Positions 46,235 through 56,560 of a stretch of DNA of 64,000 nucleotides are shown here, one piece after another. The stretch covers positions 6,494 to 70,493 of the forward strand of contig JAQUIG010000008.1 in the NCBI GenBank assembly GCA_028683435.1, read 5' to 3'. A program made the translations under genes and the position numbers. This stretch comes from Desulfuromonadaceae bacterium (GTDB lineage: Bacteria > Desulfobacterota > Desulfuromonadia > Geobacterales > Pseudopelobacteraceae). Positions within the stretch are counted from its first letter, which is position 1. Every line of letters begins with the position of its first letter. The notes below the pieces were generated by a model that worked only from the letters and a program-made list of their open reading frames with translations, was not told the origin of the DNA and did no database searches.

Positions 46235-47671
46235 CTATTTTAAGCGTAATGCAAAGTAGATGCTCGCATCACCGCGCCGCAGCAGAATTGTCAGACGACC
46301 ACTCCTGCCGGCCTGCCGGATGGCATGGGCATATTCAGCGGTGGTGGCGGTCCTTTTATTGTTTATCGACACAATCACGTCACCACGTTTAATGCCCGCT
46401 TCAGCGGCGACTCCGCCACGCTCAGCATCAACGACAGCAACACCGTCCCCCCCCTCGGCATTTTCGACAGTCAGGCCGAGCAGGTCAGCTTCGCCCTCTC
46501 CCTGCCGTCCGCTCCGCTCATCACGCTGTTGCTGTTTGGGGGCGTTGTCGGCACTTGCCAGGGTGATGCCCACCTCAAGTGCCCTGCCGCCGCGGAAGAT
46601 GGTAATTTTTGCAATCTTGCCGATGCCCGCCTCGGCAACCAGCCGCTGGAGATGGGAGGGGTCCATGATTTCGCTGCCGTTCAGGGCGATGATGATGTCC
46701 CCCTGCCGGATTCCCGCCTTGTCGGCCGGTCCCCCCTTTATCACATCATTGACGAGGGCGCCTTTGGCCTGTTTCAGCCCGAATGATTGTGCCAAATCTT
46801 CGGTCACCGGCTGGATTGTTACGCCCATGTAGCCGCGGCTGACGCTTCCTTTCTTGACCAGCTGGGCAAGAATCGGCTTGGCCATGCTGATCGGAATGGC
46901 GAAGCCGATTCCCTGCCCGGCAGCCACAATGGCGGTGTTGATGCCGATCACCTCTCCGTAGACGTTCAGGAGCGGGCCTCCCGAATTGCCGGGGTTGATG
47001 GAGGCATCGGTCTGAATAAAGTTCTCGTAGGTTTCAATGCCCATATTGGTGCGGCCGGTGGCGGATATGACGCCGACGGTCATGGTGCGATCGAGGCCGA
47101 AAGGGTTACCGATGGCAATCGCCCACTGTCCGACCTCAAGCGTGTCCGAATCACCCAATACGGCAGCCGGGAGATCCGCTGCATTGATCTTGATGACGGC
47201 GATATCGGTTTTATGATCGCCGCCAATCACTTTGGCATCATAGACCTTGTCGTTGGAGAGCTTGACCTGGATACTTTCGGCATCGCGCACGACATGGTCA
47301 TTGGTTACGATGTAGCCATCCCTGCTGATCAGAAAACCGGAACCGAGGCTTTTATCCCGTCGGGTCTGCGGGGCGCCGAAAAAATCTTCGAAAAGCGGGT
47401 TGGCTTCAAAGAAAGGCGGAATGATTTTTTTTCGGCTGATGGTCGAGATATTGACGACGGAAGGGGTCACCTTTTTTGACACGTTGCTGAATGCCCTCTG
47501 GGTGGAAAGGATATCGCCCGGTACATCCTTCACCGGGGCTTCAGCTTCGCCCCCCTTGCGATTCGACTCTAGAAACAGCGGGGCTTCGTCTTTTTTGCTG
47601 CAGCCACCCAGGGCAGCGACGCTCAGCCAGGAGGTTACAAGCAGGAGGGAAATGCGTGACAGATGATTCAT
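46235..47671 (-). CDS. DegP/DegQ/HtrA periplasmic serine protease with two PDZ domains
   Basis: HVV, D and GNSGGPL catalytic-triad motifs and two PDZ regions. The ATG at 47671 has an AAGGTGG RBS. Confidence 0.9.
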   Translation of the reverse strand: MNHLSRISLLLVTSWLSVAALGGCSKKDEAPLFLESNRKGGEAEAPVKDVPGDILSTQRAFSNVSKKVTPSVVNISTISRKKIIPPFFEANPLFEDFFGAPQTRRDKSLGSGFLISRDGYIVTNDHVVRDAESIQVKLSNDKVYDAKVIGGDHKTDIAVIKINAADLPAAVLGDSDTLEVGQWAIAIGNPFGLDRTMTVGVISATGRTNMGIETYENFIQTDASINPGNSGGPLLNVYGEVIGINTAIVAAGQGIGFAIPISMAKPILAQLVKKGSVSRGYMGVTIQPVTEDLAQSFGLKQAKGALVNDVIKGGPADKAGIRQGDIIIALNGSEIMDPSHLQRLVAEAGIGKIAKITIFRGGRALEVGITLASADNAPKQQQRDERSGRQGEGEADLLGLTVENAEGGDGVAVVDAERGGVAAEAGIKRGDVIVSINNKRTATTAEYAHAIRQAGRSGRLTILLRRGDASIYFALRLK

Positions 47672-47875
47672 TTTGAGTGCCACCTTTGATAGCGTAAGTT
47701 TTGGATGTAGGCGGTTAACCTGCCGAAACTGTAGTTAAATTCTTACGCTGTGTCAAGAGATTCAAACGTACTGCGGTCCGGCACTAACTGCGTTTTATCC
47801 AGCATAATTATGTTATTGAAACGCCCGGCCATTTGTGTAAAAGTATCCTCTCAATCAAACAGGCGGTGGGGGGAT

Positions 47876-48481
47876 ATGATGACGGACATCAAAGCACAGA
47901 TCAGAGAATTCCGAATCGGCGAGAAGATCAGGGGACTCCGCCAGCAGAAACGGCTGACCCTTCAGGAATTGTCTGAGCTGACGACGCTTTCCAAGCCGCT
48001 GCTGTCACAGATCGAGAACCAGCAGGTCATCCCCCCCATCGCCACTCTGCTCAAGATTGCCAAGGGTCTCAAGGTCGATATCCATTTTTTCTTTGAGGAT
48101 CTCGGTAATCGTCAACAGTACGTGCTGACCAGACGCGAGGATGTTCGTGAGGATGAAAAGGTATTTCGCCCGGCGGTCAATGAAGTCGCCAGGCCGTACG
48201 CTTATCACTCCCTGGCCCATGGGCTCAGGCACAAACACATGGAGCCGTTTCTGGTTGAATTCGAGAATAGGGAGTGGGATGACGCGCTCTACTTCAAGCA
48301 TGAGGGTGACGAAGAATTTATCTATGTCACGTCAGGGGAACTCGATTTTCACTACAACAATGAGGTGCTTCGCATGCGGAGCGGCGATAGCATCTATTAC
48401 GATTCCAGTCAGCCGCACGGCTGGGTGGCTGTCGGCGATGGCAATGCCAGGGCGGTGGCGGTCATGTACACGAAGGAATAG
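47876..48481 (+). CDS. XRE-family HTH regulator with C-terminal cupin domain
   Basis: IGEKIRGLRQQKRLTLQELSELTTLSKPLLSQIE HTH plus a cupin motif (GDSIYYDSSQPHGW). Confidence 0.8.
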   Translation: MMTDIKAQIREFRIGEKIRGLRQQKRLTLQELSELTTLSKPLLSQIENQQVIPPIATLLKIAKGLKVDIHFFFEDLGNRQQYVLTRREDVREDEKVFRPAVNEVARPYAYHSLAHGLRHKHMEPFLVEFENREWDDALYFKHEGDEEFIYVTSGELDFHYNNEVLRMRSGDSIYYDSSQPHGWVAVGDGNARAVAVMYTKE

Positions 48482-48637
48482 TTCCGGAGCAGATGCCGGT
48501 TTCATGAGGGGGAGATGTATTCTTCCCCTTTTTGCGTGGTGCATCATCCCTGACAAAACAAACATATATGCTATAGCAACCATGGGGTCACAGGTGTCTG
48601 TCGGATCTGGCTGTTCCCAAGGCATGCATCTTGTCGG

Positions 48638-49753
48638 TCATTTTCGGTAGGCGATCCGGTAGATGGCACCGCCCTTGTCGTCCGATACAAGCAGGCTGCC
48701 GTCAGGCAGAACCTGCAGATCAACCGGGCGCCCCCAGGCGCTGCCGTTCTGCAGCCACCCATGGGCAAAGTCTTCATACGATACGGCCCGGTTACCTTCA
48801 AGACGTACCAAGGTGATCCGATAGCCGACAGGGGCGGTACGGTTCCAGGAACCGTGCTCGGCGATGAATATCTGATCACGATACGTCTCGGGGAACATGG
48901 TGCCGGTATAGAATCTCATACCGAGCGCAGCCACATGGGGGCCAAGTTCCATTTCCGGAGAGACGTACTCTTTCTTGCGCCGATTCTTGCCGTACTCGGG
49001 ATCGGCGATTTTACGTCCATGACGGTAGGGGAAGCCGAAGTGCAGCCCGGTCCCGGGAGCACGATTGAGTTCATCCGGCGGCTGGTTGTCACCCAACCAG
49101 TCACGGCCGTTATCGGTGAACCAAAGATCGCCGGTCCGGGGATGCCAATCAAATCCGACCGTGTTACGCACCCCGCTGGCAAATATCTCCAGGTTGCTGC
49201 CGTTCGGATTCATACGCATGATCGAGGCGAAGCGCGGGTCCTTCTCTTCGCAGACGTTGCAAGGAGCTCCAACCGGTACGTAAAGCCTGCCGTCTGGCCC
49301 GAAGCGGATGAACTTCCAACCGTGGTGGCTCTTATCCGGAAAGGACGTATTGACCGGAACCGGACGGGGCGGGCTTTTCAGCTGCGCCTCGATGTTATCG
49401 AGGCGCAGCACGCGACTGATCTCCGCAATATAGAGGGCACCGTCTCGGAAGGCTACGCCGTTGGGCGATTTCAGACCGCTGGCGATGGTAATCGTTTCGT
49501 CGCCCTTATGGTCGCCGTTGCGGTCGACAATGGCATAGACCTTTCCTTCACTGCGGCTGCCGACAAACAGGGTGCCATTGGAGCCGAGGGCCATAGAACG
49601 GGCTCCTGGCACATTTACGGCGTAGACGGAGATACTGAAGCCTGGGGGGAGTTTGATATCGGATGGCCGCAACTGTACGCTGCTGCAACCGGAGCTCATT
49701 GATAGACTGAGCATTATCGTGGCAAGAAAACGGAATAGGGTTTGATTATGCAC
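48638..49753 (-). CDS. PQQ-dependent sugar/sorbosone dehydrogenase family (beta-propeller)
   Basis: Lipoprotein-type signal (MSSG|C) and YliI/sorbosone-dehydrogenase-like blocks (GRLYVPVGAPCNVC, FTDNGRDWLGDN.PPDELN). Confidence 0.7.
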   Translation of the reverse strand: MHNQTLFRFLATIMLSLSMSSGCSSVQLRPSDIKLPPGFSISVYAVNVPGARSMALGSNGTLFVGSRSEGKVYAIVDRNGDHKGDETITIASGLKSPNGVAFRDGALYIAEISRVLRLDNIEAQLKSPPRPVPVNTSFPDKSHHGWKFIRFGPDGRLYVPVGAPCNVCEEKDPRFASIMRMNPNGSNLEIFASGVRNTVGFDWHPRTGDLWFTDNGRDWLGDNQPPDELNRAPGTGLHFGFPYRHGRKIADPEYGKNRRKKEYVSPEMELGPHVAALGMRFYTGTMFPETYRDQIFIAEHGSWNRTAPVGYRITLVRLEGNRAVSYEDFAHGWLQNGSAWGRPVDLQVLPDGSLLVSDDKGGAIYRIAYRK

Positions 49754-49797
49754 GTATGTACCTCTTTATTCAGGTTAGCCCTGTCCTGATCTATACA

Positions 49798-49980
49798 TCA
49801 CTTTTGGCCGGATTTGCGAACCTTACGACTCTTCAGTCCGCAATTTGGGCAACGTTTGTCCGGTACCAATTGCTGACAGGTGTCGCACCAGTAGAGCAGA
49901 GGTGCTTCGTTGCCGCATGCCCGACACTCCGTCTCAGTTTTCTTTTCGCTGCAGTTGCATTCCCTTTTATCCATGTCCAT
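49798..49980 (-). CDS. small Cys-rich zinc-ribbon protein
   Basis: CNC...CRAC...CDTC...CPNC pattern and a basic tail. Lies downstream of the E2 gene on the same strand. Confidence 0.45.
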   Translation of the reverse strand: MDMDKRECNCSEKKTETECRACGNEAPLLYWCDTCQQLVPDKRCPNCGLKSRKVRKSGQK

Positions 49981-50146
49981 TATCGTCGCCCTGCTCAGGT
50001 TTCGCGCTGCTCTATGCACCGATATGGGCCCCCCTCCTCATGGCGGCGAACACCGCGATCGAGGAGGGTGACCTACACCTACCTTTCCGGCTAAAATCGA
50101 ATTTACGGCTCGTTCTTGCCCTTGATTGTTGTCTGCAGGCATCGAG

Positions 50147-51367
50147 CTACAGCAGAAGCGAGACCGGTTTCTCCAGGCTATGGCGCAATTCCGCGAGGAA
50201 AGAAGCTGCGTATGCGCCATCGACCATGCGGTGGTCGCTGGAGAGGGTGACCCGCATGGTTGATGCCACTGCAAGCTCGCCGTTGCGTACCACCGGGCGC
50301 CGGCTCACGGCGCCGACTGCCAGAATAGCCGTCTGCCCCGGCGTTATAAGGGCGGTGAACTCATCAACACCGTACATTCCCAGGTTCGACACAGAGAAAG
50401 ATCCCCCTGTCATCTCTTCGGAAGTTAATCGGCCGGCCCGGCTTTTATCAGCCAGGCGGGAGGACTCTATCTCGATCTCGGCAACGGTAAGACGCTGGCA
50501 TTGTCTGATGACCGGCATCATCACTCCATCGGGCTTCGACACGGCAAAGCTTATATGGATATCGCTGGAGGAAGCGGGACCACCCGCACGGAGCAGCGGG
50601 AAATTCAGCAATGCCCCGGCACATGCCTTGATCACCAAGGCGTTGTAACCGACCGGATTGGGACGTTCCTTCAGCTCGCGGACGATCTCACGGCAGGCAT
50701 CCATGTCTATTTCGACGGTAACTGAGAAATGCGGGATGGTCTGCCAGGAGAGCGTTACGGCGCTGGCGATGGCCTGCCGCATGAGGGGTAACACAGCACT
50801 CTCGGTAGATGTTATCGGCGTCACTTCCGGAGGAGCTGCTGATGGCGCTGCAGCTTCCGGTTTCCCCTGCTGTCCGACGAAGTCGACCAGGTCACTCTGG
50901 GTGATCCTCCCTTCCGGGCCGCTCCCCTTGATCCTCTCAAGGTCAATACCCTGTTCGCGCGCCAGGCGGCGTACCAGAGGAGACGCCTTCTCATGCTCCA
51001 TCTCAATTTGAGATGGAGTCGCCTCGGGTGCTGCATGCGGGACTTCAGGTTCCGGGGATGCAGCGATAGCCCCTGTTTGCGCCGACGGGGTTCTCGGCTG
51101 GCCGGCAGCTGCCGAATCGGCCATTTCTCCAGCTTCACCGATCAGGCCGAGCACCGTTCCGACCTGAACCTTTTCACCGCCAGAGACCATAGTCTTGATC
51201 AGAATGCCCGAGGCGAACGCCTCCAGTTCCATGACCGCCTTGTCGGTTTCCACTTCGGCAAGGATGTCCCCCCGCTCGATGCGCTCTCCCACATTCTTTA
51301 TCCAGCGGGCAAACAGCCCCTCGGTCATCGTGTCGGATAGTTTGGGCATCGTGATTTCTGTAGCCAT
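50147..51367 (-). CDS. dihydrolipoamide acyltransferase E2 (lipoyl, E3-binding and catalytic domains)
   Basis: Lipoyl-lysine motif EVETDKAVMELE, a PSBD (ASPLVRRLAREQGIDL) and a catalytic SSDHRMVDG. Confidence 0.9.
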   Translation of the reverse strand: MATEITMPKLSDTMTEGLFARWIKNVGERIERGDILAEVETDKAVMELEAFASGILIKTMVSGGEKVQVGTVLGLIGEAGEMADSAAAGQPRTPSAQTGAIAASPEPEVPHAAPEATPSQIEMEHEKASPLVRRLAREQGIDLERIKGSGPEGRITQSDLVDFVGQQGKPEAAAPSAAPPEVTPITSTESAVLPLMRQAIASAVTLSWQTIPHFSVTVEIDMDACREIVRELKERPNPVGYNALVIKACAGALLNFPLLRAGGPASSSDIHISFAVSKPDGVMMPVIRQCQRLTVAEIEIESSRLADKSRAGRLTSEEMTGGSFSVSNLGMYGVDEFTALITPGQTAILAVGAVSRRPVVRNGELAVASTMRVTLSSDHRMVDGAYAASFLAELRHSLEKPVSLLL

Positions 51368-51450
51368 TGGTTCTCCTTAATCCGATAAATCAGGATACGT
51401 GCATCAACAGAATTATTTCTGCAAAAAACACAGAGATACGTTTTAACTTG

Positions 51451-52437
51451 CTAATATGCACCGGACATGACGTCCGTTACAGCCTGCCGGATGGTTGCGG
51501 GCTGTGGTATGCAGAGCATTTCGATCTTGCGTGAATACGGCATCGGCACGTCGAGACCGGATACCCTTATTACCGGTGCCTTGAGGATATCGAAACAGTG
51601 CTCGTAGATTCGGGAAGTGATCTCGCCCCCTAGGCCGCAGGTGCGCCAGCATTCCTCCACCACCACCGCCCGGCCGGTCTTCCGGACCGAGTCCAGGATG
51701 GTTTCCTCGTCCAGGGGGGCAAGGCTGCGCAGATCTACCACCTCGCAGGAGACCCCTTCCTCGGCCAACTCCTCGGCCACCTGCAGGGCCAGCACGGTCA
51801 TGCGGGCGTAGGCCACGATGGTCACATGCTCCCCGGGGCGTTTCACCTCGGCCTTACCGATCGGGACAAGGTATTCAGGATCATCTGATACTTCTCCCTT
51901 GCTGTTGTAGAGCAGCTCGTGTTCCAGGAAAATGACCGGGTTGTTGTTGCGAATGGCACTCTTGAGCAGCCCCTTGGCATCGCCTGGTGTGGCAGGATAG
52001 AGGACGTACATGCCGGGGCAGTGCATGAAATAGGTTTCAAGACTCTGGGAATGCTGGGCGCCCAGTTGGCTGCCACCTCCACCCGGCATGCGGATCGTCA
52101 TCGGCAGGAAGGTCTGCCCGCCGAACATGTAACGGATCTTGGCCATATGGTTGACGATCTGGTCCATGGCCAGCAGGGCGAAATTGACGGTCATCAGCTC
52201 GGCCACCGGCCGTAGCCCCCCCATGGCCGCCCCGATCGAGACCCCGATGATTGTGTTCTCCGAGATGGGGGTGTCCTTGACCCGCTCCTCGCCGAATTCG
52301 GCCAGCAGGCCGCGGGTCACCTTGAACGAACCCTCGTACAGTGCCACGTCCTCCCCCAGAACGAAAACCGACGCGTCGCGGCGCATTTCCTCCTTGAGAG
52401 CCTGGTTGAGTGCATCACGATAGGTCATTTCAGACAT
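51451..52437 (-). CDS. 2-oxoacid (pyruvate/acetoin) dehydrogenase E1 beta subunit
   Basis: MTYRDALNQALKEEM... is a transketolase-like Pyr/C-terminal domain. The start overlaps the E1-alpha stop (ATGTCTGA). Confidence 0.9.
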   Translation of the reverse strand: MSEMTYRDALNQALKEEMRRDASVFVLGEDVALYEGSFKVTRGLLAEFGEERVKDTPISENTIIGVSIGAAMGGLRPVAELMTVNFALLAMDQIVNHMAKIRYMFGGQTFLPMTIRMPGGGGSQLGAQHSQSLETYFMHCPGMYVLYPATPGDAKGLLKSAIRNNNPVIFLEHELLYNSKGEVSDDPEYLVPIGKAEVKRPGEHVTIVAYARMTVLALQVAEELAEEGVSCEVVDLRSLAPLDEETILDSVRKTGRAVVVEECWRTCGLGGEITSRIYEHCFDILKAPVIRVSGLDVPMPYSRKIEMLCIPQPATIRQAVTDVMSGAY

Positions 52438-53407
52438 AGATATCCTCCCATACGGCACTGTCTTCCGGCCAGGGAGACTCCTCGGCAAATTTCACCGCTT
52501 CGTCCACGGTTCCCCGGCAGCGGGTCTCAATGACCTCCAGCGCCTCTCGGGTGGTGATGCCCTCCTCGATCAGACGTTTGGCATAATTGGGGAGTGGGTC
52601 GCGGGCCTTCCAGATATCATGCTCGGCTGCCGAGCGGTATTTTGCCGGGTCGGCCATGGAGTGCCCCCGGAAGCGGTAGGTGGTCGCCTCGATGAAGTAA
52701 GGGCGTCCGGTCTCGCGAACCTTTTCGGCAGCATACTTTACCGCCCGATAGACGGCGATCACGTCCATGCCGTCCACCTTTTCGGAAGGGATATCGTAGC
52801 CGCAGGTCCGCCTGTGGATGGATGCCAGTGCAGAGGATCGATGAACTTCGGTGCCGATGCCGTAGTAATTATTCTCACAGATAAACAGCACAGGCAACTG
52901 CCAGAGCTGAGCCCAGTTAAGTGATTCGTGGAAGGTGCCCTGATTGACCGCCCCGTCGCCGAAAAAACAGGCGGCGATGCGGTCTTCACCCCGGTAACGC
53001 GCGGCAAAGGCCAGGCCGACCGAGATCGGGAACTGCCCGCCGACGATGGCATAACCTCCCATGAAGTTCAGAGTCGGATCGAAAAGGTGCATGGAGCCCC
53101 CTTTCCCTTTGCAGATACCGGTGGCCTTGCCGAAAAGTTCGGCCATGACCCTCCGGGGGGCTGCGCCGCGCACGATAGCCTGAGCATGTTCACGGTAAGC
53201 GGAGAGGATGTAGTCATCCCGGTGCAGTCCCGCCGTTGCCCCGACAGCCACCGCCTCCTGTCCGCTGTAAAGGTGCAGGAACCCAGTGATGTGCCCCTTG
53301 GTGTACTGCTCGGCACACCGTTCCTCGAATTCCCTTGATACGAACATCTGTTCGTATAACCTGAGCAACTCCTGATCCGGCAATACTGTTCGCAGCTTGG
53401 CTTCCAT
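52430..53407 (-). CDS. 2-oxoacid (pyruvate/acetoin) dehydrogenase E1 alpha subunit (TPP-binding)
   Basis: GFLHLYSGQEA ... FFGDGAVNQG ... ENNYYGIGT. Confidence 0.9.
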   Translation of the reverse strand: MEAKLRTVLPDQELLRLYEQMFVSREFEERCAEQYTKGHITGFLHLYSGQEAVAVGATAGLHRDDYILSAYREHAQAIVRGAAPRRVMAELFGKATGICKGKGGSMHLFDPTLNFMGGYAIVGGQFPISVGLAFAARYRGEDRIAACFFGDGAVNQGTFHESLNWAQLWQLPVLFICENNYYGIGTEVHRSSALASIHRRTCGYDIPSEKVDGMDVIAVYRAVKYAAEKVRETGRPYFIEATTYRFRGHSMADPAKYRSAAEHDIWKARDPLPNYAKRLIEEGITTREALEVIETRCRGTVDEAVKFAEESPWPEDSAVWEDIYV

Positions 53408-53434
53408 AAAACCTCACATTACCTAAGGTGATCT

Positions 53435-53872
53435 TTACCGGTGACGGTGAAACCAGGCGGCGATCGCCTCGCTGCTTTGAACGCCGGACAGTTGGTCGAC
53501 AACCCTCCCATCCCTGAACAACAATAGCGCCGGAATACCGCGTACTCCGAAACGTCCCGCCAGCCCCGGATTTTCCTGGGTGTTTACCTGTATCACGGCC
53601 GCTGTACCCGCCAGCATCTCGGCCACTCTTCGCACCGCAGGTTCGAATGATCTGCAGTGCGTGCACCAGGGCGCCCAGAACTCAGCCAGCACCGGGCCTC
53701 TGTAACCTTTGATGAAGGGATCGAAGGTGCGCTCGTTAAGTTGCTGCGGCCGGCAGTACAATGGCGGCAACTCTTTGTGGCAGATGCCGCAGCGCCCGGT
53801 TTTTCCTTCCTTTTCAGCCGGGACCCTGTTGGCGGTGCCGCAGAAATCGCATGTGACAACATATGATGACAT
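53435..53872 (-). CDS. trxC: thioredoxin 2 (N-terminal zinc finger plus Trx domain)
   Basis: CDFCG...CGIC followed by the WAPWCTHC active site. Confidence 0.85.
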   Translation of the reverse strand: MSSYVVTCDFCGTANRVPAEKEGKTGRCGICHKELPPLYCRPQQLNERTFDPFIKGYRGPVLAEFWAPWCTHCRSFEPAVRRVAEMLAGTAAVIQVNTQENPGLAGRFGVRGIPALLLFRDGRVVDQLSGVQSSEAIAAWFHRHR

Positions 53873-53937
53873 GTTGCACTCTCTTCAATCTCAACGGAGC
53901 CTGAGCAGTGGCGGTTGATTTCAACCTGGGTACGAAT

Positions 53938-54147
53938 CTAGGGCTTCGGCTCGGGAATAACTTCCGTGCATTCATCCCGGCTCCAGGAGTCCAGCTCACC
54001 GTTGGCAAGCCTGACCTGAATGGTTTCCCCTGCCATGGTGCAACCAAAAGTGTATCCGATCTGACCGGTCTTGAGATTTCGCAGGGCAACATTCTCATCC
54101 TGCTGTTCTGTCCGGTAACAGACCTTATCGTAATTGACAATGCTCAT
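53938..54147 (-). CDS. hypothetical small protein
   Basis: 69-aa ORF on the same strand as its neighbours; no family recognised. Confidence 0.4.
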   Translation of the reverse strand: MSIVNYDKVCYRTEQQDENVALRNLKTGQIGYTFGCTMAGETIQVRLANGELDSWSRDECTEVIPEPKP

Positions 54148-54174
54148 GGGTACGCTCCTTATTTCAGAGAAGTT

Positions 54175-54789
54175 CTATCCCTTAAGCTTCAAGGCAATAC
54201 GTGCTAGATGAGCACCCTGGTAACGGGCTCCCGACAATTCGTTATCGCTTGGCATTCGCTCACCCTGGCCACCTGTAATGGTTGAGGCGCCATAGGGTGA
54301 ACAGCCGGTTATCTCGGTGATACCCATCTGTCCTGCAAAGGAATACGGCAGGCCAACCACCACCATTCCCTGATGGAGCAGGGTGTAGTGAAAACTGAGA
54401 ATGGTGGATTCCTGTCCGCCATGCTGGGTAGCTGAACTGGTGAATACGCCGGCCGGCTTGCCAACCAGAGTCCCCTTCATCCAAAGCTGACCGGTGGCAT
54501 CCAAAAATTGGCGCATCTGGCCGCACATGTTGCCAAAGCGGGTCGGAGTGCCAAAAATAACAGCGTCGGCATTCGTCAGATCATCTACCGAAGCAATCGG
54601 GACATTGGCCATTTTCTTTTGAGCTTCCAGTGCCCCCATCATCCCCAGAATTTCATCGGAGAGTGTTTCGGGTACGCGCTTGATAACCGCCTCGCACCCT
54701 GCCACTTCATTGACCCCTTCAGCTACTGCCTCTGCCATCTTGTAGATGTGTCCATACATACTGTAATAAGCGATCAAAATCTTGCACAT
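54175..54789 (-). CDS. wrbA: NAD(P)H:quinone oxidoreductase, WrbA type
   Basis: [14 protein letters not shown] flavodoxin-like N-terminus and GGQE..; GGAGG RBS before 54789. Confidence 0.85.
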   Translation of the reverse strand: MCKILIAYYSMYGHIYKMAEAVAEGVNEVAGCEAVIKRVPETLSDEILGMMGALEAQKKMANVPIASVDDLTNADAVIFGTPTRFGNMCGQMRQFLDATGQLWMKGTLVGKPAGVFTSSATQHGGQESTILSFHYTLLHQGMVVVGLPYSFAGQMGITEITGCSPYGASTITGGQGERMPSDNELSGARYQGAHLARIALKLKG

Positions 54790-54836
54790 GCTTGAACCTC
54801 CTTTCAACTCCCTTTCCATAATCTAATGAAGCTACA

Positions 54837-54875
54837 GATGAAAAAGGGGCGTAGCTGGTTACACCCTTTTTCATC
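54837..54875 (-). terminator. terminator hairpin between ompA-like gene and wrbA
   Basis: gatgaaaaaggg-(15 nt loop)-ccctttttcatc. Confidence 0.5.
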
Positions 54876-54887
54876 TGATTCTTGTCG

Positions 54888-56267
54888 TTACTTCTTGATT
54901 ACACAGTCGATGACAGCATTAATTCTCCGGTTTTTCTGTCTCCCCTCGGGTGTATTGTTATAGGCGATACGCCGGGTGGAACCGTACCCCTTGGCAGAAA
55001 GACGGGAAACCTCGATTCCGAATTTTTCCACTAGATAGTTCACTACGCTTTCGGCGCGCTGCCGGGAGAGCTTCATGTTGTGCTCATGACCACCGACGTT
55101 GTCGGTGTGCCCCTCGATAACGGCGGTGGTCGTAGGGTACTTCTGCATATAGTCGCCGACCTTGTTGACTTCGTGATAATAACGGGGCTTGATTTCGGCA
55201 CTATCCGTAGCAAATTCCACATTCAGTGTCATGCAGAGCCTGTCGGGGGGCGAAGCGAGCTCCTTGACATCGAGAGCGCAATCGATGACGGCGTTGATAC
55301 GCCGGTTTTTCTGTTTCCCGGCATCAGTTGAGTTGTCGGCGATCGGCCTTGTTTTGCCATACCCTGTAGCGGAGAGGCGGGAGGCGTCAATGCCGAAGTT
55401 TTCGACCAAATATTTCACGACACTTTCAGCACGCTGCTGTGAGAGCCGCATATTGTAATCATCACTGCCGACCTCGTCGGTATATCCTTCTATGACGGCA
55501 GTGGTCGTCGGGTATTTTTTCATGAAGTCGCCGACCTTGGCCACCTCATCGTGATACTGGATGCGGATTTCGGCCTTGTCGATGTCAAACTCGATGTTCA
55601 AGGATATGCAATATTTCATTCTCTCAGGGGTCGGTTCAGCAGCCGGTATAGGTTCGAGCGGAACTTCCGGTACCGTTGCCGGGGTGGCTTCGGTCTCCGG
55701 CGGCGCAACAGGAGCGGCGCTCGGCGCCGTTTTCATTCCGAACTGGTAGGTAATCCCGACGGTGTATTCATAGTTGAAGAGGGTCTCATTGTCATGGAAG
55801 ACAAGGTGTCGGAAATCGCCACGCAGGGCCAGATCATCAGTCAGAAAGTACTTGATCCCCGGTCCGTAATCGAAGACACCTTTCGTAAGGGTTTGTCCAT
55901 TATCCCGGTCGACCGTGATGCCTCCGTAACCGGCCGCCAGGTATGGGACCAGATTGTTGTCAGGAAAGAAGTGATACAGGAGATCACCACCATAGCGGTA
56001 AACATCGGCATCTCCAAGGCCAGCCTGGGTGCTCTCCGTCGAGACGAAGTCGAATAGCGCCTCGGCGCCGAAATGCTTGGTGAAATTGTAGCCGCCTCGG
56101 ATGCCGATGACGGGCCTCGTTTCCAGGTGTTGATTGCCGTCGAAACTATAACCTCCTGCTATAGCGGAAAGGTTAAAGGAATCGGAGCGGATGCCGCCTG
56201 CTAGCGCCGTCGCTGCAATTACTAAGAGGAATAAAGGGACCATCAGATACGGGAAGATTTTTTTCAT
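54888..56267 (-). CDS. OmpA-family outer-membrane protein: N-terminal beta-barrel, Pro/Ala linker and two tandem OmpA_C domains
   Basis: Signal peptide and a barrel-like N-terminal half. The block ...YPTTTAVIEG(Y/H)TD..G...N..LS..RAESV..YLV..FGI..SRLSA.GYG.TR occurs twice. Confidence 0.85.
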   Translation of the reverse strand: MKKIFPYLMVPLFLLVIAATALAGGIRSDSFNLSAIAGGYSFDGNQHLETRPVIGIRGGYNFTKHFGAEALFDFVSTESTQAGLGDADVYRYGGDLLYHFFPDNNLVPYLAAGYGGITVDRDNGQTLTKGVFDYGPGIKYFLTDDLALRGDFRHLVFHDNETLFNYEYTVGITYQFGMKTAPSAAPVAPPETEATPATVPEVPLEPIPAAEPTPERMKYCISLNIEFDIDKAEIRIQYHDEVAKVGDFMKKYPTTTAVIEGYTDEVGSDDYNMRLSQQRAESVVKYLVENFGIDASRLSATGYGKTRPIADNSTDAGKQKNRRINAVIDCALDVKELASPPDRLCMTLNVEFATDSAEIKPRYYHEVNKVGDYMQKYPTTTAVIEGHTDNVGGHEHNMKLSRQRAESVVNYLVEKFGIEVSRLSAKGYGSTRRIAYNNTPEGRQKNRRINAVIDCVIKK

Positions 56268-56346
56268 TGGATGTCTCCTAGGTCTTGATAGCGTTATGTC
56301 AAATTGTCTTTGATATTTTATTGAAAAGCGATGTAATTACAGTATA

Positions 56347-56508
56347 TTACCAATCTGTCTTGTCCCCCCGGTATGAGGAGGCGATGACCTGCGAGGTCAT
56401 GTATTCCGGATACAGTGCAATGCCGTTTGGTGCGACCGGAGTTTTTTCGGCCGGAGTCAATGTTGGAGCGATCATAACGACGATAGCAATCAGCATAAGC
56501 CTTATCAT
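56347..56508 (-). CDS. possible small membrane/secreted peptide (53 aa)
   Basis: GGAG RBS 6 nt before the ATG at 56508 and a hydrophobic N-terminus (MIRLMLIAIVVMIAPTL). No homology recognised. Confidence 0.25.
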   Translation of the reverse strand: MIRLMLIAIVVMIAPTLTPAEKTPVAPNGIALYPEYMTSQVIASSYRGDKTDW

Positions 56509-56560
56509 ATCGATCTCCATTTTCCGGTGGATTTTTACTGTCGTTTCAACACGCGATCTC

